DNA from: a bacterium
Lineage (GTDB): Bacteria; Patescibacteriota; Minisyncoccia; Moranbacterales; UBA1568
Length of the DNA: 64,000 nt
Direction: 5' to 3'
Assembly (NCBI GenBank): GCA_021821305.1
Contig: JAKACP010000001.1
Coordinates: 404,349-468,348 of the forward strand
A model generated the notes under the pieces. That model saw only the letters and a program-made list of their open reading frames with translations, ran no database searches and had not been told where the DNA came from. The stretch's first letter is position 1, and every line of letters begins with the position of its first letter. The position numbers and the translations under genes were made by a program. Positions 1-11,470 of this stretch are shown one piece after another.

Positions 1-310
1 CGCCCGATCCAAGGCGCGCTCCGCTTCCTTCCAGGCCAGCGTGAACAGCGTGATCCCGGCAGCGGTGCTGTGTGAGGATTCGGGTGTTGCCTTGAACGCG
101 TATGCCGCGGCCGGCCTCGTCTGCGCGGGAAGCACGTCCACATATCCGAACTTCGTGACCTCCGGAGCCTGTAACGCGGCACCTACGGTGACCGTAACAG
201 GTGGTACCGTCGGTGACGGTTTGTTTACAATAACGACCGGAGCTTGTGCGGGCGCTGATGCCGCGAAGGACACGGCCACTTGCGACCAGCAAGGATGCGT
301 CTTCAACTAG
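1..310 (+). CDS. Type IV pilin paralog, 5'-truncated by window edge
   Basis: Frame from nt 2 reads ARSKARSASFQASVNS..., nearly identical to the post-helix segment of the next pilin; ends with a Cys pair (CDQQGCVFN). Confidence 0.8.
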   Translation, partial: ARSKARSASFQASVNSVIPAAVLCEDSGVALNAYAAAGLVCAGSTSTYPNFVTSGACNAAPTVTVTGGTVGDGLFTITTGACAGADAAKDTATCDQQGCVFN

Positions 311-338
311 CACATTCGTTCAGATTTCGACAGACACG

Positions 339-369
339 AAGCCCATCGACATGATGGGCTTTGTTTTTT
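339..369 (+). terminator. Intrinsic terminator between the pilins
   Basis: AAGCCCATC-gacat-GATGGGCTT hairpin followed by a T-rich tract. Confidence 0.7.
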
Positions 370-410
370 CGTTCTTTCTGTTAAAATGGAGGAAGAAAGG
401 AGGTGCAACT

Positions 411-842
411 ATGAAAAACACACAAAAAGCCTGCCTGCCGGCGAGGCAGGGATTTACCCTCATCGAGCTTCTCATCGTGATAGCAATCATTGGTATCCTC
501 GCGTCGATCGTCCTCGTGAGCCTGGGAAGTGCCCGATCCAAGGCGCGGTCGGCGTCCTTCCAGGCGACGACGCAGAGCCTCATAACCGGAGCCGGGTTGT
601 GCGACGACAGCGCGTTGACTCTTGATGCTTATGTCATCGGCAATCCGATGTGCACGGGAAGCACCGCCACATGGCCGCCGTTCGACCAGGCCTGCAGCGC
701 CGGTCCCGATATCATCGTGACGGACGCAACGGGAGGTGACGGTGATTATACCATCGAGCTCGGGAGCGTGACGCCATGCGGGGGAGCCGATGCTACGACC
801 GATCATGCTATCTGTACTCCGAACGGCTGTACTTTCGACTAG
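411..842 (+). CDS. Type IV major pilin-like protein
   Basis: SD AAGGAGG then ATG at 411; prepilin motif QG|FTLIELLIVIAIIGILAS; C-terminal cysteines. Confidence 0.9.
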   Translation: MKNTQKACLPARQGFTLIELLIVIAIIGILASIVLVSLGSARSKARSASFQATTQSLITGAGLCDDSALTLDAYVIGNPMCTGSTATWPPFDQACSAGPDIIVTDATGGDGDYTIELGSVTPCGGADATTDHAICTPNGCTFD

Positions 843-1009
843 TGAAATCCATGGTTTTTCCTGGGAAAAATTTCGGCAGAGCATGATTTTTTCAAAAGGG
901 AAGCGGATCAGGTGTCTTTTCCACAAAAATCAGGTCAATCGCCTGATTTTTGTGTTTCTGTCGGGATCATGCGCTTCGTGACACATGCGGTTCATGCTAG
1001 AATATCCTT

Positions 1010-1801
1010 ATGATTTTCGCGCTCTTCATTCTCGGGCTCCTCGTGGGGAGCTTTCTCAATGTCGTCTTGTTCCGGTTCGAGACCGGAGAGACGGTGGTTT
1101 CGGGACGGTCGCGATGCAACGCGTGCAAGGAGATGATCGCGTGGTATGACAATATCCCGCTTCTCTCGTTCATCTTGCTCCGTGGGAAATGCCGGAGGTG
1201 TGGCATGAGGATCTCCTGGCAGTATCCGGCGGTCGAACTCGCGACTGCCGGACTCTTCGCGCTCGCGGGGTCGACGTTCTACGTGGCCGGAAGCGTCGAT
1301 GCGGCGCTCGGTCTCGCGTTCGCGCTCGGCCTCATCGCGATACTCCTCGTCGTCTTCGTCTATGATCTCACCCACATGGAGATTCCCGTGTCCGCGCTCA
1401 TGGCGGGGATCCTGTGGACCGTGTTCTCGCTCCTTCTTCTCTGGTACTTCGCGGAGCCGAGAGAGGCGTTGTCCGATTCGCGGCTCGCGGAAGGACTGAT
1501 AGGGGGGGTCGTCGCATTCCTGTTTTTTTATGCGTTCGTCTTCTTTTCCCGTGAAACCTGGATGGGGATGGGGGACGCATGGCTCGCGTCCATACTGGGT
1601 CTGGTCGCCGGCTGGAAGCTACTCCTTCCCGCGCTCACGATAGCGTTCGGGTCAGGCGCGATCGTCGGTATCGCGCTTATGGCGTTCGGAAGCAAGGGGA
1701 TGCGAAGCCGCATACCGTTCGGGCCTTTTCTCGTCATATCCGTGCTTTTTATGCTGTTTTTTGGTAGAATGGTGAAAGATATCTGGCTCCTGCCATGGTG
1801 A
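1010..1801 (+). CDS. pilD: Prepilin peptidase (A24 family)
   Basis: GSFLNVV, RSRCxxC...WYDNIPLLS...RGKCRRC, MGMGD and IPFGPFL motifs. Confidence 0.95.
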   Translation: MIFALFILGLLVGSFLNVVLFRFETGETVVSGRSRCNACKEMIAWYDNIPLLSFILLRGKCRRCGMRISWQYPAVELATAGLFALAGSTFYVAGSVDAALGLAFALGLIAILLVVFVYDLTHMEIPVSALMAGILWTVFSLLLLWYFAEPREALSDSRLAEGLIGGVVAFLFFYAFVFFSRETWMGMGDAWLASILGLVAGWKLLLPALTIAFGSGAIVGIALMAFGSKGMRSRIPFGPFLVISVLFMLFFGRMVKDIWLLPW

Positions 1802-1871
1802 GCGTGACGTCGATAGGCATGGGGTGCGGCAGATGAAGCGAGACGGCCAAAAAAACAAGATGCATCCGAAC

Positions 1872-2414
1872 ATGAAAAAAACCAGACCCGGTTTCACGCT
1901 CGTCGAGCTCATCGTGACGACGGCGGCCCTCTCCATCATGGCGACCGTTACCATCATGTCCTTGAGCGGGAACAAGACCCGTCATGAAGTCCAAACGGCG
2001 GCACGACTGGTCACCTCCGCCGTCCGCGAGGCGCAGAATTATGCGCTGACGGGCAAGAACATAACGGCGAACCCGGCGAATCGTCCGTGCAAATTCCGAG
2101 TCCGGTCCGTCGGCGGCGGGACCGTGATATTCGTCGAACAGCTCAGCGCCGGGATGGTGTCGTGTCCGTCACCGGGCATCACGGCGGATTCGTGGTCCGG
2201 TGCCACGTACAATCTGACGAATGGCGTCACTTTTTTCGCCACGACCGAAGTCCGCTTCGATGTGCCGCGCGGAGAACCGGCGAATTCTTCGGGAACCGAG
2301 CTGTCCGGCGCCACGCTCGTCGATTTTGCCGTCTCGAAATCCGGGCTGAACGCACATGCTTGCGTCTATCCGCTCGGGAGGGTCGAGGAAAAGCCGGTAG
2401 GAGGAAGTTGTTAG
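1872..2414 (+). CDS. Minor pilin (FimT/GspH-like)
   Basis: MKKTRPG|FTLVELIV N-methylation motif. Confidence 0.8.
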   Translation: MKKTRPGFTLVELIVTTAALSIMATVTIMSLSGNKTRHEVQTAARLVTSAVREAQNYALTGKNITANPANRPCKFRVRSVGGGTVIFVEQLSAGMVSCPSPGITADSWSGATYNLTNGVTFFATTEVRFDVPRGEPANSSGTELSGATLVDFAVSKSGLNAHACVYPLGRVEEKPVGGSC

Positions 2415-2459
2415 CGGTCGATGGAGTCTTCCGCGCCGAGTTTCATCGGAAATAAACAT

Positions 2460-3035
2460 ATGGCGATCCGAAAACGGAAAACATTGAAGGGATTCTCGCT
2501 CGGGGAGGTGCTCCTCTCGATCGCCGTGTTGACCGCGGGCATACTTCCGATGCTCGGCGCTCTGGTGGGTGCGCTCAATACGTCGCTCGATAGCCAGGAG
2601 ATCGTGATCGCATCGGGTCTCGCTCAGGAAGGTGCCGAGCTCGTGTTGAACGTGCGGGACAACGGCGTACTCGCCGCGAGTGACGCCTTCGTCGCGTTTC
2701 AGCCCGGCAACCGGACGTGTCGGATAGATTACAACGATGCCGTGCTCTCAAACCCCGCGGTCAACGATATCGATTGCAGTTCGCCGGGAGCCGACGGCAC
2801 GTACTATGATCTCCTCGTCTTAAGCGGACTGTATGCGCACGACAGCAATGCCGGGACCTCGGCGAAATTCAAACGCAGGATCTTCATAAACTATACCGCC
2901 GGTCCGGGCAGGGCGGCGGTCGTCAGCGCGGTGTATTGGGGGTCGTATGTCCCGACAGCGGCGAATGTCAATACGGATTGCACTTCCTTGAACATGTGCG
3001 TCCGGACTTCGGTGACGCTTCTGCCATGGAAATAG
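2460..3035 (+). CDS. Minor pilin (PilV-like)
   Basis: KG|FSLGEVLLSIAVL and ASGLAQEGAELVLNVRDN motifs. Confidence 0.8.
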   Translation: MAIRKRKTLKGFSLGEVLLSIAVLTAGILPMLGALVGALNTSLDSQEIVIASGLAQEGAELVLNVRDNGVLAASDAFVAFQPGNRTCRIDYNDAVLSNPAVNDIDCSSPGADGTYYDLLVLSGLYAHDSNAGTSAKFKRRIFINYTAGPGRAAVVSAVYWGSYVPTAANVNTDCTSLNMCVRTSVTLLPWK

Positions 3036-3043
3036 GAACACCT

Positions 3044-3667
3044 ATGAATATGTCGACAACAAACGTATCGACCGTACGATTCCGCTCGAAGGTGGCGAAG
3101 GGATTCACCCTGATCGAGATGATCATCGCCATCGGGGTGTTTTCCATCATGTCGGTCGCGATCGCGGGCACTTTCACGTCCGGGTTCTCCTCGTACAGCG
3201 ATACGCGCGAGCTTCAGCGTAATGTCGAGACCGCGCAGTATGCGCTCAATACGCTCGAGAAGCTTCTTCGTACCAGCACGGTGGTTTCCGCGGGCGGGGC
3301 CAATGTCCAGACGGTGACCTTTTATGACTACTCTTCCGCGAGATGTTTCCGATACGATATAATTTCCATCGGCTTCGACAGCAATCTTTTCGCGCGGTGG
3401 TTCGCGACGACGGATCCTTTCGGAGCCGATCCCTGCACGACGGGAAGCGCAAGTTTTTCGGCTTCCGCACAGGTTACGAGCGGATATGTCACCGGAGGCT
3501 TCACCGTGGTGCCTTCCGACAAAGATGGTGCCGTCATAGACGGGGATCCGAAGGCGATGGGGAGAGTGACGGTCAACCTGTCGGTGAAGGCGAACTCGAC
3601 CGCGGCCATCGCCTCCCGTATCCAGGCGACATCGTCGCTGCGTGACTATAGCAATGTCGGATTCTGA
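3044..3667 (+). CDS. Minor pilin (PilW/GspJ-like)
   Basis: KG|FTLIEMIIAIGVFSI motif. Confidence 0.8.
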   Translation: MNMSTTNVSTVRFRSKVAKGFTLIEMIIAIGVFSIMSVAIAGTFTSGFSSYSDTRELQRNVETAQYALNTLEKLLRTSTVVSAGGANVQTVTFYDYSSARCFRYDIISIGFDSNLFARWFATTDPFGADPCTTGSASFSASAQVTSGYVTGGFTVVPSDKDGAVIDGDPKAMGRVTVNLSVKANSTAAIASRIQATSSLRDYSNVGF

Positions 3668-3735
3668 TGTTTTCTAATTGCGGATGTGCCCTCATAAAAT
3701 CCGCTTGTAATGCGGATTTTTTGGTGCTACGATGA

Positions 3736-5853
<2,118 letters not shown>

Positions 5854-5870
5854 CGTATTTTCTATCAAGT

Positions 5871-6158
5871 ATGCTCTCAGTCGAAGAAGTGAAACATATC
5901 GCCCTTTTGGCTCGTATCGGCCTTACCGATACGGAGGTCGAAAAATACCGGAAGGACCTTTCGGGCGTCTTGGATTTTTTCAAGGAACTGGAGTCGTTGG
6001 ACCTGTCCGGGGAATCGCTCGGCACCGCCGTCCCGCGAAAAACGAACGACTACCGCGAGGATCGCGCTGAGGATTTCGGCTCGGCCGGGAAACAGGCGAT
6101 CATGGAAAACGTTCCGGAAACCAAGGACGGGTACGTGAAGGTGAAGTCCGTGTTTTAA
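5871..6158 (+). CDS. gatC: Asp/Glu-tRNA amidotransferase subunit C
   Basis: EEVKHIALLARI...GYVKVKSVF; directly upstream of gatA. Confidence 0.93.
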   Translation: MLSVEEVKHIALLARIGLTDTEVEKYRKDLSGVLDFFKELESLDLSGESLGTAVPRKTNDYREDRAEDFGSAGKQAIMENVPETKDGYVKVKSVF

Positions 6159-6231
6159 AATGATCCTTAGCCGGTGGACGCTGACCCGCGCTTCCCGGTA
6201 ACCCCCTCCATTATTCATTGTCCGCGTCGAT

Positions 6232-7677
6232 ATGATCCGAGAATTGCATGAAAAACTGAAGAAAGGGGAAGTCACCGCCGTCGCGCTTACGGAGGAGTAT
6301 CTTCGTGTAATCGAGGAGAAGGATGGCGAGCTCGGGGCGTACCTCACGGTGCTCGGAGACGATGCTCGGCGTGCCGCCGCGCTCGTCGACGAGAAGATCG
6401 CCCGCGGCGAGGAGATCGATCTCCTTGAGGGTATTCCCGGCGCGATCAAGGACAACATGTGCATGACGGGCACGCGTACCACCGCCGCCTCTAAGATACT
6501 TGACAATTACATCGCGCCGTATGACGCGTCAGTGATCCGGAAACTCAAAGAGTCCGGCGCTGTCATTCTCGGCAAGACGAACATGGACGAGTTCGCCATG
6601 GGATCATCCACGGAATCGAGCGCGTATCGTCAGACCAAAAACCCGATCGATCCGACGCGCGTCCCGGGAGGGTCGTCCGGCGGATCGGCGGTCGCGGTCG
6701 CGGCCGGCGAGGCGGTATTCGCGCTCGGGAGCGATACCGGCGGATCGATACGACAACCCGCGTCGTTCTGCGGCGTGGTGGGACTCAAACCGACATACGG
6801 CCGCGTATCCCGTTCGGGGCTCCTCGCGATGGCGTCATCGCTCGATCAGATCGGTCCCTTCGCGCGTACGGTCGAGGACGCGGCCATCGTGTTCTCGCGT
6901 ATCTCCGGGTACGATCCGAAGGACGTGACGACCGCGGAGAGCGACGGGAAGCGGTTCGAGGACTGTCTGACAGGGGATATCCGCGGCCTGAAGATAGGTC
7001 TGCCGAAGGAGTATTTTTCCGAGAGTCTCGACCCGCGGGTGCGCGCGATCGCGCAAGAAGCGATCCGCAGATTCGAATCGCTCGGCGCGGAGACCGTCGA
7101 GATATCGCTCCCGCACGCCCGATACGCCTTGCCGACCTACTACATCATCATGCCATCGGAGGTGAGCTCGAATCTCGCCCGCTTCGACGGGATCCGGTAC
7201 GGATTGCACATCGACGATCGGGTGGAGCGGATTCCCGGGAGCGGGACATTGCTTGAGACCTATCTCGACAGCCGGGCCTACGGGTTCGGCGAGGAAGTGA
7301 AGCGGCGCATCATGCTCGGCACGTATGCCCTGTCCGCCGGTTATTACGATGCCTATTACAAGAAGGCGCAGGCGGTGCGCGAGCTCATCAGGAAGGATTT
7401 CGCGGACGCGTGGAAGTCGGTCGATGTCATCTTCTCGCCGACCGCTCCGGAGCCGGCTTTCAAGTTCGGCGCCAAGACGGACGATCCGCTCAAGATGTAC
7501 CTCTCAGACATCTACACCGTGATGGCCAATCTCGCGGGTGTTCCGGCGATATCGTTTCCCATGGGGACGGTCGAGGAGGAGGGGAAGCCGCTCCCGGTCG
7601 GCGGACAGCTCATGGGGAAATGGTTCGACGAGGAGACGATACTCCGCGCGGCCGATGCCTATGAGAGGCGCGCATGA
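6232..7677 (+). CDS. gatA: Asp/Glu-tRNA amidotransferase subunit A
   Basis: Amidase signature [19 protein letters not shown] and [19 protein letters not shown]. Confidence 0.97.
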   Translation: MIRELHEKLKKGEVTAVALTEEYLRVIEEKDGELGAYLTVLGDDARRAAALVDEKIARGEEIDLLEGIPGAIKDNMCMTGTRTTAASKILDNYIAPYDASVIRKLKESGAVILGKTNMDEFAMGSSTESSAYRQTKNPIDPTRVPGGSSGGSAVAVAAGEAVFALGSDTGGSIRQPASFCGVVGLKPTYGRVSRSGLLAMASSLDQIGPFARTVEDAAIVFSRISGYDPKDVTTAESDGKRFEDCLTGDIRGLKIGLPKEYFSESLDPRVRAIAQEAIRRFESLGAETVEISLPHARYALPTYYIIMPSEVSSNLARFDGIRYGLHIDDRVERIPGSGTLLETYLDSRAYGFGEEVKRRIMLGTYALSAGYYDAYYKKAQAVRELIRKDFADAWKSVDVIFSPTAPEPAFKFGAKTDDPLKMYLSDIYTVMANLAGVPAISFPMGTVEEEGKPLPVGGQLMGKWFDEETILRAADAYERRA

Positions 7678-7792
7678 TTCCCGGAGCGGACGGCGCGTCC
7701 CTTCAGAAGCGTTGAAGGCGGTTGACAGCGAGCCTGGTATCTGACATAAAGGGATATGGGTTTTGTCCATGTCCGAGAAGGAGGGAAGCATC

Positions 7793-7948
7793 ATGCGTGT
7801 TCGTGAAAAACTGGTTTGTGTCCGTCAGCGTTTCCGTCGCCGGAAATTCCGTTTTACAGAATTTCGGGCCCGTGTCTTTTCGACGAAATTTTCAAGGAGC
7901 ATCATTCCGGAACTGTCGAAACTCGGGCTTCATGTGACGCATTCCTGA
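7793..7948 (+). CDS. Possible small Arg-rich protein (51 aa)
   Basis: SD-like AAGGAGG upstream of the ATG; no recognisable motif. Confidence 0.25.
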   Translation: MRVREKLVCVRQRFRRRKFRFTEFRARVFSTKFSRSIIPELSKLGLHVTHS

Positions 7949-8017
7949 ATGTCCGGGGATCGATTTTTTTCCGCAAGAACACTTGCGGATTTTTTGTTTT
8001 TAGAGGAAAGTGGAGGT

Positions 8018-8551
8018 ATGAACATCCCGGTCTGGAAACCGATATATCTTCTTTTCAAGCTTTTCGGCGCGTCCGTCGAGTGGGAGGTCTCCGTGGGCGC
8101 CGCGATATTCCGTGTCGAGAACGGACGACGGCTCTATCTCGTCCTTCGGTATCCGAGCGGACACTATGATTTTCCCAAGGGACATGTCGAGGCCGGTGAA
8201 AGCGAGGAGGACACACTTCGCCGGGAGACGGAGGAAGAGACCGGCATCAGGGAACTCTCCGTTTTTCCTGTCCGCGAAAGCATCCGATATTTCTATGTCG
8301 CCAAGGGCGGAGAACGGACACGGCGGAGACGTGAGGGGCGGGGAATCCGCGTTTTCAAACAGGTGCACTTCTATCCGGCCGAGACGACCGAGAGAACTGT
8401 CCGCATCTCGCACGAGCATACCGGATTCGAATGGCTCCCGTACGGGCAGGCGTATGACAAGCTCACGTTCGCCAACGCGAAGCGGGTGCTCGCGAGGGCG
8501 GAATCGTTCGCCGCGGGGCAGGAGGGAAAGAAAGCCTCTTCACGATTGTAG
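8018..8551 (+). CDS. NUDIX hydrolase (Ap4A hydrolase-like)
   Basis: FPKGHVEAGESEEDTLRRETEEETG Nudix box; ISHEH motif. Confidence 0.9.
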   Translation: MNIPVWKPIYLLFKLFGASVEWEVSVGAAIFRVENGRRLYLVLRYPSGHYDFPKGHVEAGESEEDTLRRETEEETGIRELSVFPVRESIRYFYVAKGGERTRRRREGRGIRVFKQVHFYPAETTERTVRISHEHTGFEWLPYGQAYDKLTFANAKRVLARAESFAAGQEGKKASSRL

Positions 8552-8574
8552 TAAGGGATGAGTAAGACAATCGT

Positions 8575-8808
8575 ATGACGAGGGAACGACCGAAATTGAG
8601 GGAGGATTCCGTCGAGACGCTGTTTCAGGAGGCGTCACGGCGCGCGCGTGCGGAGGGAATCGGTTCGTATGACGAATATCGCGATCTCGTGGAAGATCTG
8701 ATTCAGGAGAAGCTCAATGACGGCGTGTTCGATATCGGCGAGGATCTGCCGACCATGCAGAAGGATCTCGAGATGATGTGGCCGATACTCGAACCGAGAC
8801 TCCGCTAG
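8575..8808 (+). CDS. Small acidic hypothetical protein
   Basis: 77-aa ORF with genome-typical codon usage, followed by a terminator. Confidence 0.65.
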   Translation: MTRERPKLREDSVETLFQEASRRARAEGIGSYDEYRDLVEDLIQEKLNDGVFDIGEDLPTMQKDLEMMWPILEPRLR

Positions 8809-8876
8809 TTTCCAAATACTATGAACCCCAGCGGACCCCGTTTCGTCGGGACCGCGGGTCGGGTCGGGTGAATGAA

Positions 8877-8908
8877 AAGGCTCTTTCGGGGGAGAGAGCT
8901 TTTTCTTT
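8877..8908 (+). terminator. Intrinsic terminator
   Basis: AAGGCTCTTTC...GAGAGAGCTT hairpin plus T tract. Confidence 0.6.
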
Positions 8909-9099
8909 CTCAATTTATCGGTGTTTGGCACCTCACCCTACCCGGTGTCTCCCGTTTCCGACCGCACCCTCACCGCCCGGTCTTTTCCTTCGAAAAACTT
9001 CCCTCACTCGACGGCATCCCGAGAATATTTTCCGGGAAAACAGGGGCTTGCTCAAACAATGTGCGGTTCCCGGCGAACGGAAGACATCGGGTCGGCGAT
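8901..9099 (+). repeat. Structured intergenic repeat, copy 1 (diverged)
   Basis: Aligns with 52192-52398 and with the reverse complement of 57105-57260. Confidence 0.9.
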
Positions 9100-9352
9100 A
9101 CGCGAGCGCTTCCCGGCCGGCATTTCCTTCTTCCGGCCGTTTGGCATCGGAAGCGTGCATGGTTCCGCCGGAGGCGGAGAGCGACGATGGCAAAGAATGA
9201 TTTTCCTCGCAGGGGAAAATCATGTGCCGGAAGAAGGAAATGCCGAGACGTAGAAGCGGCTAGGGAGCGCAGAGACTTGATTTTTTCCCGTATCCGTGTC
9301 ATATTTCTTTCTCCTTTCCGCTCACCACCGACTACCTGCTACGTACTGAAAT

Positions 9353-11050
9353 ATGCTTACTGCCCGCAACATCTTCAAACGCTATGGCCCCGTGAAAGTC
9401 CTTCTCGGAGTCAGTTTTTCGATCGCGCGCGGGCAGAAGATAGCGCTCGTCGGTCCGAACGGGGTCGGCAAGTCGACACTGCTCCGCATCCTCGCCGGAA
9501 TCGAATCGGAAGACCGGGGCAAGATAGAGCGGGATAACGGGATCCGTATCGCGGCCCTTCCGCAGGAAATCGTTCCGGAATCGGAGGATGAGACGGTCTT
9601 CGAGACGCTCCGCGCCCTCTCGGGCATAGCCGAGCTCGAGGCGAAGATGGCCAAGCTCGAAGCCAAGCTCGATGACGAGAAGTCACTCGCCGCCTACGGC
9701 GAGGCTCGCGACCTGTATGAGCGTATGGGCGGATTTTCGTTTTCCCGAAAAGCCCGGCTCGCGCTCGACGGACTCGGACTGCGCCGGATCCCGCTCGACC
9801 GGCCCCTCTCGAAGATAAGCGGCGGGGAGCGGCGGCGGGTGGCGATCGCCGGCACCCTGCTCCGCGAGGCGGATCTGCTCCTTCTCGACGAACCGACGAA
9901 CGATCTCGATCTTCCGTCCATACTCTGGCTCGAATCCTTTCTCCGTGACAGCGCCGCCGCGGTGATCGTCGCTTCGCACGACCGGGCGTTCCTCGACGCG
10001 GTGGTCGGGAAAGTGCTCGAGATCGATTGGCACTTCCGTACGGGCAGGATGTGGACGGGAAACTACTCGACCTATTTCCGGGAGAAATCGGAGATGCTCC
10101 GCCGTGAACGCGAGGCGCATGAGCGGGCCGAGACGGAACGCGAGCGGCTCCGGGATACCGCGCTCGAAAAGAAGGAATGGGCGCGCATCGGCGGTGAGCA
10201 GGTGATGCCGGACCGGGACAAGATGTCCCAGGGGTATCACCGCGACCGCGCGGAGCGCAAGTTCGGCGCGGCCGCCAAGGCGCTCGAGAACCGCGCGGAC
10301 CAGGTGAAGCGCATCGCGCTCCACGCCGAACGCGACCCGCTCGAGATCTATTTCGAACCGGCCGAGGGAGAAGGCCGATCGATCGTCCTTTCCGCGGTGT
10401 CGGCCGGATACGGGGAAGCGTTCCATGTCGGACCCGTCGATATGGAGATCCCGTACGGTACGCGTGTCGGTATCTTCGGACGTAACGGCGCCGGCAAATC
10501 GACCCTTCTGAAACTGATCACGGGAGAACTCGATCCGATCGGGGGAACGGTCGTGCGCGAAGAGTCGGTCCGGTTCGGGTCATTGTCACAGGCGAACGAC
10601 ACGCTTCCCGCGGACAAGAGCGCGGTGCGATGGATCACCGAATCGACGCCGATCACCGAGGAAGCGGATGCGATCCGGTTCTTGGTCCGGTTCCTGCTCG
10701 ATGCGCCGTCGGTCACGTCACCCATGAGCGAACTCTCGCCGGGGGAGCGGATGCGTATCGCGCTCGCGTTCCTCATGGCTTCCCGGGTGAACGTGCTCGT
10801 GCTCGATGAGCCGACGAACCACCTCGATCTCGAGGCGGTGACCGCGCTCGAAACGGCGCTCGACCTCTACAAGGGCACGTTGCTTCTCGTCTCACACGAC
10901 CGCGCGTTTCTCTCGCGACTCACGTTTTCGCAGGTGTGGTCCGTCGAAGCGGGAGCGGTTTCCCGCGAGGAGGACTACGCATCCTATCTCGAACGGGCGA
11001 TGACGGAGGCGGAAAACGAGAAACGCGCATTCCGTCGGGTGTCTTTCTGA
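9353..11050 (+). CDS. ABC-F family ATPase
   Basis: Two ABC domains (GPNGVGKST, GRNGAGKST; LLDEPTN twice) and no TM segments. Confidence 0.93.
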   Translation: MLTARNIFKRYGPVKVLLGVSFSIARGQKIALVGPNGVGKSTLLRILAGIESEDRGKIERDNGIRIAALPQEIVPESEDETVFETLRALSGIAELEAKMAKLEAKLDDEKSLAAYGEARDLYERMGGFSFSRKARLALDGLGLRRIPLDRPLSKISGGERRRVAIAGTLLREADLLLLDEPTNDLDLPSILWLESFLRDSAAAVIVASHDRAFLDAVVGKVLEIDWHFRTGRMWTGNYSTYFREKSEMLRREREAHERAETERERLRDTALEKKEWARIGGEQVMPDRDKMSQGYHRDRAERKFGAAAKALENRADQVKRIALHAERDPLEIYFEPAEGEGRSIVLSAVSAGYGEAFHVGPVDMEIPYGTRVGIFGRNGAGKSTLLKLITGELDPIGGTVVREESVRFGSLSQANDTLPADKSAVRWITESTPITEEADAIRFLVRFLLDAPSVTSPMSELSPGERMRIALAFLMASRVNVLVLDEPTNHLDLEAVTALETALDLYKGTLLLVSHDRAFLSRLTFSQVWSVEAGAVSREEDYASYLERAMTEAENEKRAFRRVSF

Positions 11051-11132
11051 GTCCGTAGGGGATGTGTCCGTCATTATGAAAAAGAAAAAACGGGCGATCA
11101 TTCGATCGTCCGTTCCGCTTTTTTCCGGGAGA

Positions 11133-11324
11133 CTACCGGTAGTGAGGCTTACCTCGTATCCCGGTTCGTTGTTGTTCCGGGCAAGACAGCTTACCGTCGG
11201 GAGTATTCGGTCGGGAAGCCGCGAGTTCCGTGATGGTTTGAATCGGAAGCGTCGACTCGACTCCGAGAGGCGTTACCGCGGGTTCATCCGGTTGTTGCTG
11301 CGGGGTACGTTTCTTTTGAAACAT
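11133..11324 (-). CDS. Possible small orphan protein (63 aa)
   Basis: Strong SD AAGGAGG before the ATG on the minus strand; no motif. Confidence 0.3.
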   Translation of the reverse strand: MFQKKRTPQQQPDEPAVTPLGVESTLPIQTITELAASRPNTPDGKLSCPEQQRTGIRGKPHYR

Positions 11325-11470
11325 GGTGTGGTGCCTCCTTGTATAAAGAACAAAAAAAGTTCTCACTCCCCATGGCGAGAACCACGGAAGTATGGCATGA
11401 ATGTTCCTCGGAGTCAAGGTTCGGCATCCTGCCTTGATTTTCCGCGGCTTTTCCGGTTATACTGCCTCGT

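Noticed and set aside
8872-9537. ORFs of 80-220 aa sharing peptides such as SLDGIPRIFSGKTGACS at ~8.9, 52.2 and 57.1 kb
   Set aside because: They are translations of the non-coding repeat; starts and ends are not conserved between copies.
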